Shown piece after piece: positions 21,234-31,640 of a stretch of 64,000 bases of DNA. Made by a program: the position numbers and the translations under genes. Each line of letters starts with the position of its first letter. The first letter of the stretch is position 1. A model generated the notes under the pieces. It ran no database searches. It was not told the origin of the DNA and worked only from the letters and a program-made list of their open reading frames with translations. The DNA lies in contig CP166615.1 of assembly GCA_041937175.2 (NCBI GenBank), forward strand, positions 3,808,001 through 3,872,000, written 5' to 3'. The DNA is from Limnothrix sp. BL-A-16 (lineage in GTDB: Bacteria > Cyanobacteriota > Cyanobacteriia > CACIAM-69d).

Positions 21234-21923
21234 ATGAAACGCTTCCAACGAATTGCTAGCACCCTGGCTCTTGCTCTCGTTCCTGCTCTGATTGCCACCC
21301 AGCCCGCACAAGCTGCCAACCTGGTTAAAAACGGCAGCTTTGAAGTGACTCCAGGCGCTCCCCTTAACGGCGGCTGGCGGACTTTTTCAGCAATTGAGGG
21401 TTGGTCGGCGACCAGTGGCGGCAAAATTGAGGTGCAAGCCGGGGTGGCCGGGAAAGCCTATGACGGCAAAAACCTGGTGGAACTCGACAGCCACTTCTAC
21501 GACAGCAAAGCATCCGAGCTGGGCCTGTTCCAAGACATCGTGACCAAAGCAGGAAAGACCTATGAACTTTCCTTTGCTTACTCGGCTCGTCCGGGAATTG
21601 CAAACAATTGGAAAGGCGGCAAAGACCAAAATGCCTTCTCCGTTTTGTTTGGTTCCAGCTTCAACCAAGTTTTCAACGCGGGTAACGGCGGCGGTCAAAC
21701 CAACTGGCTCAGCAGCGGCCCTCTGTTGGTGAAGGCGGTGTCTGACCTGACCCGCTTGCAGTTCAACTACCTGGGCACGCGGGACACCTACGGAGCCTAC
21801 ATTGATAGCGTCAGCTTGACGGAGGTGGCCTCGACCCCTGAGCCGGTTAGCTTGCTGGGTCTGTTGGCTGTGGGGACGGCGGTTGGTGTGACTGCGAAAA
21901 AGCGCCAGCGCGCGATCGACTAA
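21234..21923 (+). CDS. PEP-CTERM sorting-domain secreted protein (DUF642-like)
   Basis: Signal peptide ending AQAA, NLVKNGSFE, C-terminal TPEP + hydrophobic helix + KKRQR. Confidence 0.88.
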   Translation: MKRFQRIASTLALALVPALIATQPAQAANLVKNGSFEVTPGAPLNGGWRTFSAIEGWSATSGGKIEVQAGVAGKAYDGKNLVELDSHFYDSKASELGLFQDIVTKAGKTYELSFAYSARPGIANNWKGGKDQNAFSVLFGSSFNQVFNAGNGGGQTNWLSSGPLLVKAVSDLTRLQFNYLGTRDTYGAYIDSVSLTEVASTPEPVSLLGLLAVGTAVGVTAKKRQRAID

Positions 21924-21984
21924 ATCGCGACTCCTAAGAGCGGCCCTGGTTGGCTAGCTTTTGACGATTGTTCATGTTTTGTTG

Positions 21985-22022
21985 AGGGCGATCGCTTGGA
22001 AATCAGGCGATCGCCCTTGTTT
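21985..22022 (+). terminator. Hairpin built from two HIP1 sites, probable terminator
   Basis: AGGGCGATCGC-N11-GCGATCGCCCT followed by TGTTT, about 60 bp after the PEP-CTERM stop. Confidence 0.55.
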
Positions 22023-22072
22023 CGTTCAGGCCCCCATGGCGACTGAAGTTTTGCTTTGAAGATCTCCCGTGA

Positions 22073-22318
22073 ATGGCAGAATTGCCTCATATCCCTGATT
22101 CTGGAATTGAACGTTTTGCTATGACCCCTCCCTATTTGCGGCCGGCTCCTTGGTGGAATTGGTTGGGCCTGTTGGCTCTGCTGACGGCGGTGTTGTGGTT
22201 GTTACGGGGGTTGGGGCTGCTGGGCTTTGTGCCGGGGATTGTGTTTGGTGTTTTGTTTTTGGCGATGGGGGTGTTGCTGCTGTTGGGGGTTTGGGGGGTG
22301 CGATCGCGCCGTTGGTAG
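22073..22318 (+). CDS. Small membrane protein (two TM helices)
   Basis: Hydrophobic ORF with LWLLRGLGLLGFVPG; start may be 22121. Confidence 0.6.
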   Translation: MAELPHIPDSGIERFAMTPPYLRPAPWWNWLGLLALLTAVLWLLRGLGLLGFVPGIVFGVLFLAMGVLLLLGVWGVRSRRW

Positions 22319-22364
22319 TGGATGGCGGGCCGTCCCGTGGCAACGCCCTATTTATTGCAGCGCC

Positions 22365-23882
22365 CTATTGCAGGGGCAAGAAAATGGTCATCACTTCGCC
22401 GCGTTGGGGCCGCTGCCGGATGGTGAGTTTGCCCCCGATCGCCTGGAACAGGTTTTTGGTGACGTGCAAATTCAAGCCAAAGCTGCCGGTTTCCGGTTGG
22501 AAGGTCAGTAACTGCCCGATCGACTTCAGTGATTCCAGGCGGGTGGCTGCGCCCATTGCGTCGTAGCGCAATTGCACCTTCAGTTGGCTGCCGGCCGTTT
22601 CCGCTTCCATGTCAATGCGGCTACCGGCGGGCAGGGTGCGGGCCAGGTTTTCAATAATTTCCGCCAACATTCGATCGAGCAAGGTGGGGTCGCTGGCAAC
22701 CGTGGGCAGTTTGTGCGGTAGCTTCACCGTCAGTTCCAAGTTGTGGCGGCTGGCCTGTTGTTGCCAACGGGGAATGCTGGATTGGAACACCTGGGCCAGG
22801 GGAATGGGCGTGAGGGACAGGTGGGCGCTGTTGCTGGTTTCCAATTCAACGGCTTTGAAGATCAGGTCAAAGCGGTTGATTTGTTCGGTACATTCCCGAT
22901 CGATTTTTTCGATGTAGTTCACCGCCTTGTCCTGCAAATTTTGCTGGCGCATCAACAGGCGGGTAAAGGTGCGGATCGTGGCCAGGGGCGTGCGGACGCT
23001 GTGGGCGAGGGCCTGCAAAAGCTCCAGGTCGATCGCGGGTTTTGCCGGTTGTGGCCGGGCCGAGGCCCGCAGGGGGCGACGGCGCGGCTCCGAATGGGTG
23101 GGGTTGCTGGGAGCTGGCAGGGCTTGCAGCAGGTGCTCTGTGAAGGCGCTGACGATCCGATAGCTGGGTTCCACGAGGGGAAATTGTCGGGCCAGGGCAT
23201 CAAACGGCACAAGTTGTTGAGGGGCGTTCAGTTGCACCCGGGCCCGCAGGGCTTGCCAGACGGCGGCGATCGCCTGGGGGTCAAAGGAAAAGCGAAAAAC
23301 CAGTTGACCGGTGGAGTCCTCTTGGAGCGAGAGGGCCAAGCTAAAGTCCCGCATTCGCACCACGCAAAAGGATTCTGCGGCCAAGGGATCCACCGGAGCC
23401 AGGCCGATCGCCCGTTCCGTTACCTCCGGGCAGGGTTCGCCCCCATCGGCGGAGGGCAACAGCCACAGGGATTGCCAAAGGTGGCTGCTGAAAGTCCAGA
23501 CCGAGAGGCGATCGAGCCAAGATCCCGTAAACAAGGGCAGGGGCCCCAACAGCACCACCCCTTGATCGATCGCCTCGGAGGGCAAGGCTTCCGCAAAGTC
23601 CGTGATGAAGGCCGCTTCGATCGCGTCGGCCGCCTCCATGGATTGGGCCATGATTTGGGCGATCGCCTTGGTGGCTCCCTGCCATTGGGCCTCGGCGGAT
23701 AGGGTTCCTGGGCCCGCTCCGGGGGTAAGGGGGGCAAGCAGATGACCCACCGTTGGTAACACCCATCCATTCATAGTTGGTCGATCAATCCGTTGGCGAT
23801 CGAGCGGGCGATCGCTCAGAGCAGGGGAGTGAAGCGGCATCGCGGGTTTGGGGTTCGCCGCAATCGTCGAAAGCGTCGTCAC
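22365..23882 (-). CDS. Atypical cyanobacterial sensor histidine kinase (Hik34-like)
   Basis: LLQALAHSVRTPLATIRT H-box; degenerate ATPase domain ending LTFQPETGSFGLNL...GGKLTIRQRP; family assignment from recall. Confidence 0.75.
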   Translation of the reverse strand: MTTLSTIAANPKPAMPLHSPALSDRPLDRQRIDRPTMNGWVLPTVGHLLAPLTPGAGPGTLSAEAQWQGATKAIAQIMAQSMEAADAIEAAFITDFAEALPSEAIDQGVVLLGPLPLFTGSWLDRLSVWTFSSHLWQSLWLLPSADGGEPCPEVTERAIGLAPVDPLAAESFCVVRMRDFSLALSLQEDSTGQLVFRFSFDPQAIAAVWQALRARVQLNAPQQLVPFDALARQFPLVEPSYRIVSAFTEHLLQALPAPSNPTHSEPRRRPLRASARPQPAKPAIDLELLQALAHSVRTPLATIRTFTRLLMRQQNLQDKAVNYIEKIDRECTEQINRFDLIFKAVELETSNSAHLSLTPIPLAQVFQSSIPRWQQQASRHNLELTVKLPHKLPTVASDPTLLDRMLAEIIENLARTLPAGSRIDMEAETAGSQLKVQLRYDAMGAATRLESLKSIGQLLTFQPETGSFGLNLHVTKNLFQAIGGKLTIRQRPQRGEVMTIFLPLQ

Positions 23883-23915
23883 ACGCGCTAGGGATTTAGA
23901 CTTAGGGGATTTGCC

Positions 23916-25136
23916 TCAAGTGTATCGGCAAGGCCCCGGAGTCGCGCACCCCAAAACCGAACGTTGCGAGTCGCGATCGCCGCCATTGAATTGGCCAACG
24001 CCCAATCGCTCCAGCACTTGCGCCAACACCAACGCAGTCCAATCAATATCCGCTTCCGTGGTGCTGTGGCCCAAGCTTAAACGCAGGGCCGCCGTGGCCT
24101 CGGCGGGATCGTAGCCCATGGCCAACAGGGTGGGACTCGGGGTCAGGCTGCCGCTGCTACAGGCGGATCCAGAGCTGGCGGCAATGCCCGCCCGATCGAG
24201 CTGGCGCACCAAATCCCGACCGCTGGGCAGGGGCAACCGTCCTCGCAAACAAAAACTGACATGGTGGGGCAAGCGATGCAGTCGATCGCCCGTGGGTTGC
24301 AAAGCGGGCAGGGGGGCCAAACGCTCAAATAGACGATCGCGCAGTTGACCGAGCCGTTGAGCCTCCGCTTCCCAGGTGTGGGCCATTTGTTCCGCCGCCG
24401 CCCCAAAGGCCGCGATCGCCGGCAAGGCCTGAGTGCCCGATCGCCGCTTACTTTCCTGGCCGCCCCCCAGCAACTGGGGAGCCAAATGAATGCCCGGCCT
24501 TGCCCACAGGGCCCCAGCCCCTTGAATGCCGTAGATCTTGTGACTGGAAAGAGACAGCAAATCTACCGGCAGGGTTTGCAAATCCACCGCCACCCGGCCC
24601 ACCGCCTGCACCGCGTCCGTGTGGAACAGCGCACCCGATCGCTGGGCAATCGTTCCCAACTCCGCGATCGGTTGCAGGGTTCCCACCTCGCTTTGGGCAA
24701 AAATAATCGACACCAGCACCGTTTCCGGGCGAATGGCCAAAGCCAAGTCTGAAGGATTCACCCGCCCGGCGCGATCGACCGGCAAGCGCGTAATGGCCCA
24801 GCCTTGGGCCTCCAGCCGCTCCAACGTTCGCTCGATCGCCGAATGTTCCACCTGCGAGGAAATGATATGGCGCGGTTGGGTGAACCGCTGGGCCACCCCC
24901 AAAATTGCCAAATTGTCCGCTTCCGTGCCCCCCGAGGTAAAAATCAACCCCGTGGGATCCCCATTAATCAACGTCGCCACCTGGAATCGGGCCGTTTCCA
25001 GCACCATGGCCGAACGGTCGCCCCAACTATGAATGCTTGACGGATTTCCCCATAGTTCCGTCATCACCCGTTGGGCCGCCGCGATCGCCACATCACAGGG
25101 CGGCGTGGTGGCGCTGTGGTCTAGATAAATTTGCAT
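23916..25136 (-). CDS. iscS: Cysteine desulfurase (IscS/NifS family)
   Basis: YLDHSATTP, FTSGGTEADN, HTDAVQ, SSHK (PLP lysine), SSGSACSS (catalytic Cys). Confidence 0.92.
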   Translation of the reverse strand: MQIYLDHSATTPPCDVAIAAAQRVMTELWGNPSSIHSWGDRSAMVLETARFQVATLINGDPTGLIFTSGGTEADNLAILGVAQRFTQPRHIISSQVEHSAIERTLERLEAQGWAITRLPVDRAGRVNPSDLALAIRPETVLVSIIFAQSEVGTLQPIAELGTIAQRSGALFHTDAVQAVGRVAVDLQTLPVDLLSLSSHKIYGIQGAGALWARPGIHLAPQLLGGGQESKRRSGTQALPAIAAFGAAAEQMAHTWEAEAQRLGQLRDRLFERLAPLPALQPTGDRLHRLPHHVSFCLRGRLPLPSGRDLVRQLDRAGIAASSGSACSSGSLTPSPTLLAMGYDPAEATAALRLSLGHSTTEADIDWTALVLAQVLERLGVGQFNGGDRDSQRSVLGCATPGPCRYT

Positions 25137-25176
25137 GGACAATCCATTGGCATCAAGGTTCAGGAATGTTGGTTAT

Positions 25177-26058
25177 TTAGGGTTCAGCATGTTCCATCGA
25201 TGCCTCTGCCTCTCCTGCTGCGTTCTCGATCGACAAAGAACCCAAAACCAAGCGATCGCTTAACTGAATCCATTGCTCCAGGCTCAGTTCTTCTGCCCGC
25301 GCCGTTTCAGGAATTGCCAGCTCAACCAAAGTATGACGCAACTGATCCAAATCCACGACGCTTTTTAGATTGTTGCGCAACATTTTGCGGCGACTGGCAA
25401 AGCCCAATTTCAACAACGTTTCAAAGCGCTTCACATTTTGCGGCGACTGCGGAAAAGGGCGGGGCTGAATTTTCACCACCGCTGAATCGACCTTGGGCGG
25501 CGGCGAAAAAGCCTTGGCCCCTACGTCACAAACCCAAGAACAATCTGCTAAAAAGCGCGATCGAATGGAAAGGGCGCTGTAATGTTTGCTGCCCAAATTC
25601 GCCACCAACCGCAGGGCCACTTCCTTTTGCACCAACAGCACGATCGACTCAAAGGGTTGCGATCTCGGTTGGGCGATCGTCCCCAATAAATGCTCCAAAA
25701 TGGGGCCCGTAATGTTGTAAGGAATATTGGCCACCACCTTGTTGGGATTTTGGAACTGGGGATTCGGAAACGCCGCCAACTGTTCCGGCCAATCCAAGGC
25801 CAAAATATCGCCCTGAAGCAGCAGAAAATTGTCCCGTTGCCCAAACTTTTTCACCAACTCAGGACAAAGATCGCGATCTAATTCGACGGCAACCACTGCC
25901 CCCGCCTGATCTAGTAACTGCCGAGTTAAAACCCCTTGACCGGGGCCAATTTCCAAAACCCGATCTTCTGGGGTTAATTCCGCCGCTGAAATAATTTTGG
26001 CAAGGGCTTTTTCACTTCTCAACCAATGTTGACCAAAGCGTTTCCGAGGTTTTGGCAT
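25177..26058 (-). CDS. rsmA: 16S rRNA A1518/A1519 dimethyltransferase
   Basis: KRFGQHWL, LEIGPGQG, ANIPYNIT, PPPKVDS, RRKMLRNNL. Confidence 0.96.
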   Translation of the reverse strand: MPKPRKRFGQHWLRSEKALAKIISAAELTPEDRVLEIGPGQGVLTRQLLDQAGAVVAVELDRDLCPELVKKFGQRDNFLLLQGDILALDWPEQLAAFPNPQFQNPNKVVANIPYNITGPILEHLLGTIAQPRSQPFESIVLLVQKEVALRLVANLGSKHYSALSIRSRFLADCSWVCDVGAKAFSPPPKVDSAVVKIQPRPFPQSPQNVKRFETLLKLGFASRRKMLRNNLKSVVDLDQLRHTLVELAIPETARAEELSLEQWIQLSDRLVLGSLSIENAAGEAEASMEHAEP

Positions 26059-26530
26059 GGCTCTGCTGCAATCTTTGCTTAGTGATCTGTACTCAGTAAT
26101 TAATTCACTATTCAATCAGCATCAAAAATGGATTCGTAATCCGATCGATGATCGCATTTTGAGGGAATGATTATGAAGAATAGGGCAAGGATGGATCTAA
26201 TGAATCGAGAATTAGGAAATTATTGATCGGGGGTTAATTCACTAGGGGTGATTCATCATTGAATTGCCAATGGATACTTCGTTAAAGGGGCGTGAATGGT
26301 TGATGAATCCCGTATCAACGCTCATCACTCGGGTCTTGCCAAGAAAAATGTGTCGCTTTTAACTTGTCTTGGTTCCAAAAACAGTGCCAGAGTCTGACGA
26401 TGCAGCGCTTGGGGGAATGACTCGCTCAGGCTTAGGCTCCAGTACCAAGCTCAAGGGATTCACTCGAAATTGCGCTCAAAAGCAAGCTCAAACTCAAAAA
26501 CCAGAATTGCTCAAGAAAGGAGAAAACCGA

Positions 26531-26902
26531 ATGACGGATGTGGTTTGGCAATTGCTGCTGATTGGATTGGCGGCAGGATTGGCGGGGGGCCTGTTTGGCA
26601 TTGGCGGCGGGGCGATTATGGTGCCGGCCATGGTGCTGTGGTTGGGCCTGGATCAAAAATTAGCAACGGGAACATCCCTGGCGGCCCAGGTGTTGCCGAT
26701 CGGGCTGTTGGGGGCAATCGTGTATTACCGCAACGGCAATCTCAACATCAAGTATGGGTTGTTGATTGTGGTGGGATTGCTGGTGGGGAATTACTTTGGG
26801 GCCATATTCGCCAATCAACCCTACATCAGTTCGGCCCTGATGAAGAAACTGTATGGGGGCTTTTTGCTGTTGATTGGGTTGCGCTATTTGACGGTGCGCT
26901 AA
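26531..26902 (+). CDS. Half-size TauE/SafE-family sulfite exporter-like membrane protein
   Basis: GLAGGLFGIGGGAIMVP and ATGTSL motifs. Confidence 0.85.
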   Translation: MTDVVWQLLLIGLAAGLAGGLFGIGGGAIMVPAMVLWLGLDQKLATGTSLAAQVLPIGLLGAIVYYRNGNLNIKYGLLIVVGLLVGNYFGAIFANQPYISSALMKKLYGGFLLLIGLRYLTVR

Positions 26903-26993
26903 GGGGTTGGACAATGATTGCGCGGGGTGGGGTGCAGGTGGGTGATGATCCCAAAAACGCCATGAACATGAAAACGATGGGGGAAAGTTGCCC

Positions 26994-27674
26994 ATGATCG
27001 CTTGGGCTATTTTGCAGGCGGGCGGGCCGGTGGTTGTGCCCTTGCTGTTGGGATCGATCGCGACGGTGACGGTGGCGATCGAGCGAGCTTGGTTTTGGGC
27101 CCAGGTGCGGCGCGATCGATCCCAACTGGTTCCAGCGGTTTTTGAGTTGTATGGACGCGATGCCAAGGCGGCGATCGCCCGGTTCCAGCAATATGCCGAC
27201 GGCCTGCCGATCGCCCGCATTAGTTTGGCGGCCTTGGAGCTACACCGTCCCCACCCGATCGCCTTTCGCCTGGCCCTCAGCGCCGCCACCCAAGCCGAAC
27301 GGCCCCAACTGCGACGCTTTGACCTGTGGTTGCAAACCGTCACGGCCCTGGCCCCCTTGTTGGGCTTGTTGGGCACGGTCACCGGTCTGATGGGGGCCTT
27401 TGCGGGCCTCGATTGGGCCGGGGAGGGCCCCAGTCGCGTGAATGCGGGTCTCAGTGAAGCGCTGGTTTCTACGGCGATCGGGCTGGTGGTGGCGCTGTTA
27501 GCCCTCACCCTGGGTAATCTGTTCCGGGCCCATGCTCGACGGGAACAAATGGCCATTACGCGCGATTGTCGTACCCTAGAGCGGCTGTATCTGCATCATT
27601 ACTGGCACTTCAACGCGCCCGATCGGCCCGGATATCGACGCAATCAGGCCAGACATCGGCGCGATCGGTTGTGA
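26994..27674 (+). CDS. exbB: MotA/TolQ/ExbB proton channel family protein
   Basis: APLLGLLGTVTGLM and GLSEALVSTAIGL motifs. Confidence 0.88.
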   Translation: MIAWAILQAGGPVVVPLLLGSIATVTVAIERAWFWAQVRRDRSQLVPAVFELYGRDAKAAIARFQQYADGLPIARISLAALELHRPHPIAFRLALSAATQAERPQLRRFDLWLQTVTALAPLLGLLGTVTGLMGAFAGLDWAGEGPSRVNAGLSEALVSTAIGLVVALLALTLGNLFRAHARREQMAITRDCRTLERLYLHHYWHFNAPDRPGYRRNQARHRRDRL

Positions 27675-28628
27675 TCAACCAATGCGATCAACCAATGTGA
27701 TCAACCAAGCCCTACCCAGCTCTAGGGTTACCAGAGTTTTGAATTTCCAAATTTTCTAGTTTCCGGCGTTGCCACTGTCCCGATGCCCAAGTGATCAGCT
27801 CCCCGGTAGGCAAATTCTCCCCAGGATTCAAATTCTCGCTGATCCAGTACGCCAGATTTACAGTGTTGCTTCATTGATGTTACATTTCTTCACAGGAGGC
27901 TAATTAGCCAACGCCCGGAGAACTGTCAAGCACTAACCGCTGCTTCAAGTTGCCATCAACCCCATTCGTTGAAACTGCTGAAACTGCGATGGTGTGCGTC
28001 TTTGTCACCCAAAATGCAAAGTCGATGACATCCCCGGCCAGGTTTTAATTGGTATTCTCCCAACACAGCAAGCACGGCCAGCCGCCCCAACGGCTGGCTT
28101 TTTCACGATCGGGGTAGCAATCACCGCTGCGATCGAACCCGTTGCCCAGCCCCCGGAGATCTTGGCCCAATTTGCAAAGCGTCGTGATAGACTTTTATGC
28201 CAGCAAACCAGCCGCTCGATCGATGCTGTTTTAACTGTTTGGTGAGTTTTGCTGCCCCCATCGTGGCAAAATCTTCAGCAGCAACACACCCGATCGACAA
28301 CGCACGGGTCACACGGCTCCGGATGGCTAAAGGTCAGCGCTTGACTGCTCAAGACTGGCGACAGATCCTTTCCTTTCAATTGAGCAATAGCAAGTCTATT
28401 TGAATTGAATAGTTATCAAACAACCTTTATTCAGCAGCTTGCAGCAGAGCGTTTGATATCCCCGCGCGAGCTGTGTTTTGCTCAGAGCTGGCAAGTTCTC
28501 AAAACTTGTCTTTTCCATCGAGGTGCTCTCGATTCAATGGCAACCGAATGGTAACTGCCAACCACCACATCCAGTCACCCGGCGCTTAGTCTCCTGGCGC
28601 TTGCTGCAAACCATCAGAGGGATCCGTC

Positions 28629-29114
28629 ATGTCCATTCGCCTGTACGTTGGCAATCTGCCCAAAGAAGTCGATCGCAAAGAACTCGAAGCCGTCTTTGCC
28701 GGCACGGGCGACCTGACCTCCACCAAGGTCATTGTCGATCGCAAAACCGGAAAATGTCGCGGTTTTGCATTCGTGACGGTTCCCACTGATGAACTTGCCG
28801 ACCAAATCATCGAACAGTTCAACGGTTCCACCTTCAAAGACACCGTGCTGAAAATTGAAAAAGCCATGCCCCGCAAAGGCAAGGGCGATGACGAAGCCCC
28901 CGAAAGCGCCGAAGCCAGCCCCGTCAAGGCCGCTCGTCGCAGCAGCGGTGGCGGTGGCGGTGGTGGCAAAAAAGGCGGTGGTGGTGGCCGTCGCGCCCCC
29001 GGTGGGGCGGTGGTGGCCGAAAGCAGCGCCGCTTCTGCCCAGCCGGATCCCCGCTGGGCCGGTGAGTTGGCGAAGCTGAAGCAACTGTTGAACACCCAAA
29101 CGACTGGTTCCTAA
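28629..29114 (+). CDS. rbp3: RRM RNA-binding protein, Rbp3 class
   Basis: LYVGNLP (RNP2), CRGFAFV (RNP1), C-terminal QPDPRWA..L.KLKQLL. Confidence 0.88.
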   Translation: MSIRLYVGNLPKEVDRKELEAVFAGTGDLTSTKVIVDRKTGKCRGFAFVTVPTDELADQIIEQFNGSTFKDTVLKIEKAMPRKGKGDDEAPESAEASPVKAARRSSGGGGGGGKKGGGGGRRAPGGAVVAESSAASAQPDPRWAGELAKLKQLLNTQTTGS

Positions 29115-29183
29115 GGTTCACTAAGTTTCCTTGACCAGTTGCTCAAATCGCACAACGTTTTCCACTCTTCAGAAATTGCAATC

Positions 29184-29234
29184 ACACCATGTTTGGCCGC
29201 GGGTTTGTCCCTTGCCAAATCTGGTGTTTTTTTT
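29184..29234 (+). terminator. Rho-independent terminator of rbp3
   Basis: ACACCA-TG-TTTGGC...GCCAAA-TC-TGGTGT stem followed by a T tract. Confidence 0.7.
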
Positions 29235-30188
29235 AAACTTAATGCCAGTTAATGCCAGTTAATGCCAGAGATGTCTAAGAATCGGCCCATGGAACTGCTG
29301 TTCTAGCACCTTGGTTCGATCGCCCTCAACGGTGATAGCAAGGGAATTGTTGCCCCTTTAAGGGTCTCTTGGAAAAAATTATGAACCAGAGATTTTAGTT
29401 GAACATCTCATCAATCTTAGGCGTAAGCTTTAATTAGGGCTGAACCCTTGGCTATCTACTCCGATTGGCTCAAATCTACTCGAATTTGCGCAAATTTGCC
29501 TGCTCCGATCTCGGCTGCGCCAGTGCGTTCATCTGCCCATGTCAGGGGCAATTTCAGCAAAATTCGGCATCCTTGGTTGGCCTTGCTCTGCCTGAGATTC
29601 TGAGCCTAAAGCTCTCAGCCTGGAACTCTGAGCTAAAACCCTGAGCTAGCCCCGGCTCTGGAACTCTTCGGTTGTCGTGGGCGACTGTAGAGAACAACCT
29701 CAGCGTTCTTGATTCAGCGTTCTTGATTCACCACTGTTGGGGGCCAATTGAGCAGTTTGCATGACCCTGCTGCCCGTTTGGTCATTGCCGATCGCGTCCT
29801 TACTCATTTCGATTGAGTTACTTGACCATTTTGCTGACGGATGATCAGGAGTCAGTGGCGTGTCTTGGAGCTGGGTGTGAGTGAACGTTGCACCCGTTCC
29901 TCGGCGGAAGTGGTATGGGGTGATGGTGTGAATGCGCGATCGCCCGGTCACCAGTGCTTTGACCCATGAAAAGTGCATTTCAACGAATTCTAAGGGTGTT
30001 AGGGTGTGCCCTCGATCGCAGCCCGTCGTTTTTTCTGGTTACAGACGCTGAACCAGTGAATCAACAGAATAGGAACAGCCGCATCACGATCGGCTTGATT
30101 GCGGGATGCTCCAGTGCAGTTGGATGGGCGAAACCCCAAATAGTCACTCCCTGTTCTACGTCACCCTTACCCTGGTAAACCCAAGGCT

Positions 30189-31526
30189 ATGAAGATTCTG
30201 ATCTATTCCTACAACTACCATCCTGAGCCGATTGGGATTGCGCCGTTGATGACTGAGCTAGCGGAGGGGTTGGCTCGGCGTGGCCACGAAGTCCGCGTTT
30301 TGACGGGAATGCCAAACTATCCGGAGCGGCGGATTTACGAAGGTTATCGGGGCAAGTTGTATTGCACGGAAGTGATTAACAACGTGCGAATCGATCGCTG
30401 CTATGTCTGGATTCGACCCAAGCCCGGCCTGCTGACGCGGTTGGCCCTGGATGGCAGTTTTGCGATCACGAGTTTCCTGCGGGCCCTGAATGGTTGGCGG
30501 CCCGATGTGATGCTGATGACTTCGCCTCCGTTGGCGGCGACGGTTCCGGCGGCTCTGCTGCGGTGGATGTATCGCTGCCCTTTGATTTTGAATTTGCAAG
30601 ATATTTTGCCGGAAGCGGCCGTGCACACGGGGCTGATTACTAGCAAGCGGGCGATTCAGGTTTTTGAGGCCCTGGAGCGGTTTGCCTATAAAACCTCAAC
30701 GGCCATCAGCGCGATCGCGGAAGGTTTTGTGGACAACCTGGTGAGCAAGGGGGTGTCGCCCAACAAGATTGCCCTGATTCCCAACTGGGTGGATGTGGAC
30801 TTTGTGCAGCCGATGCCGAAGAACAATGCATTTCGTGTGGCCCATGGGTTACAGGGCAAGTTTGTGGTGCTTTATTCGGGCAATATTGCTTTGACCCAAG
30901 GGCTGGAAACGGTGATTGATGCGGCGAAGGTGCTGGATGGCCGACCCGAGGCGGCCCAAATTCAGTTCGTGATTGTGGGCGAGGCAAGGGCGATCGAGCG
31001 ATTGGGGCAATATTGCCGTGAAAATGCCGTGAGCGATCGGGTCAAGCTGTTGCCCTTTCAACCTCGGGAAGCGCTACCAGAAATGATGGCGGCGGCGGAC
31101 GTGAGCTTGATTGTGCAGCGGCGCAATGTGGTGGGCTTTAACATGCCCTCGAAAACCCAGGTCATTTTGGCCAGTGGCCGGCCGATCATTGGGTCTGTGC
31201 CAAGCCACGGCACGGCGGCCCAAGCCATTCGGCGCAGTGAGGCGGGGATTGTGGTGGAGCCGGAGTCTCCCCAGGCTTTGGCGGAGGCGATTTTGGCCCT
31301 GGCTCAGGATCCCGATCGGGCAGAGCGGCTGGGTCGTCAGGGTCGCCAACATGCGCTGGAAATGTATAGCTTTGACTCGTCGCTCGATCGCTACGAACAG
31401 TTGTTTAACCACTTGGTGAAGCAGTCTCGCCGTCATTCCGCTGCGGTGACGGTTCCGGCAGACCTGACGGGCACAGCGCAACCCCTGCAACTGCCCCACC
31501 CCTCAACCAGCAATCGATCGCACTAG
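30189..31526 (+). CDS. Glycosyltransferase family 4 (WcaI-like)
   Basis: YNYHPEPIGIA, TGMPNYP, IPNWVD, YSGNI, NMPSK. Confidence 0.9.
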   Translation: MKILIYSYNYHPEPIGIAPLMTELAEGLARRGHEVRVLTGMPNYPERRIYEGYRGKLYCTEVINNVRIDRCYVWIRPKPGLLTRLALDGSFAITSFLRALNGWRPDVMLMTSPPLAATVPAALLRWMYRCPLILNLQDILPEAAVHTGLITSKRAIQVFEALERFAYKTSTAISAIAEGFVDNLVSKGVSPNKIALIPNWVDVDFVQPMPKNNAFRVAHGLQGKFVVLYSGNIALTQGLETVIDAAKVLDGRPEAAQIQFVIVGEARAIERLGQYCRENAVSDRVKLLPFQPREALPEMMAAADVSLIVQRRNVVGFNMPSKTQVILASGRPIIGSVPSHGTAAQAIRRSEAGIVVEPESPQALAEAILALAQDPDRAERLGRQGRQHALEMYSFDSSLDRYEQLFNHLVKQSRRHSAAVTVPADLTGTAQPLQLPHPSTSNRSH

Positions 31527-31640
31527 ATCCCTGGCGATCGCCGTGATTCGTCTTGGGCATACCGGCCTTGAACGCAATTGATCTTGCGCGATTCGGGGAA
31601 ATCGAGCGCGGTCAACCCCGCGCCTTTCGGCAAGAAGCCC

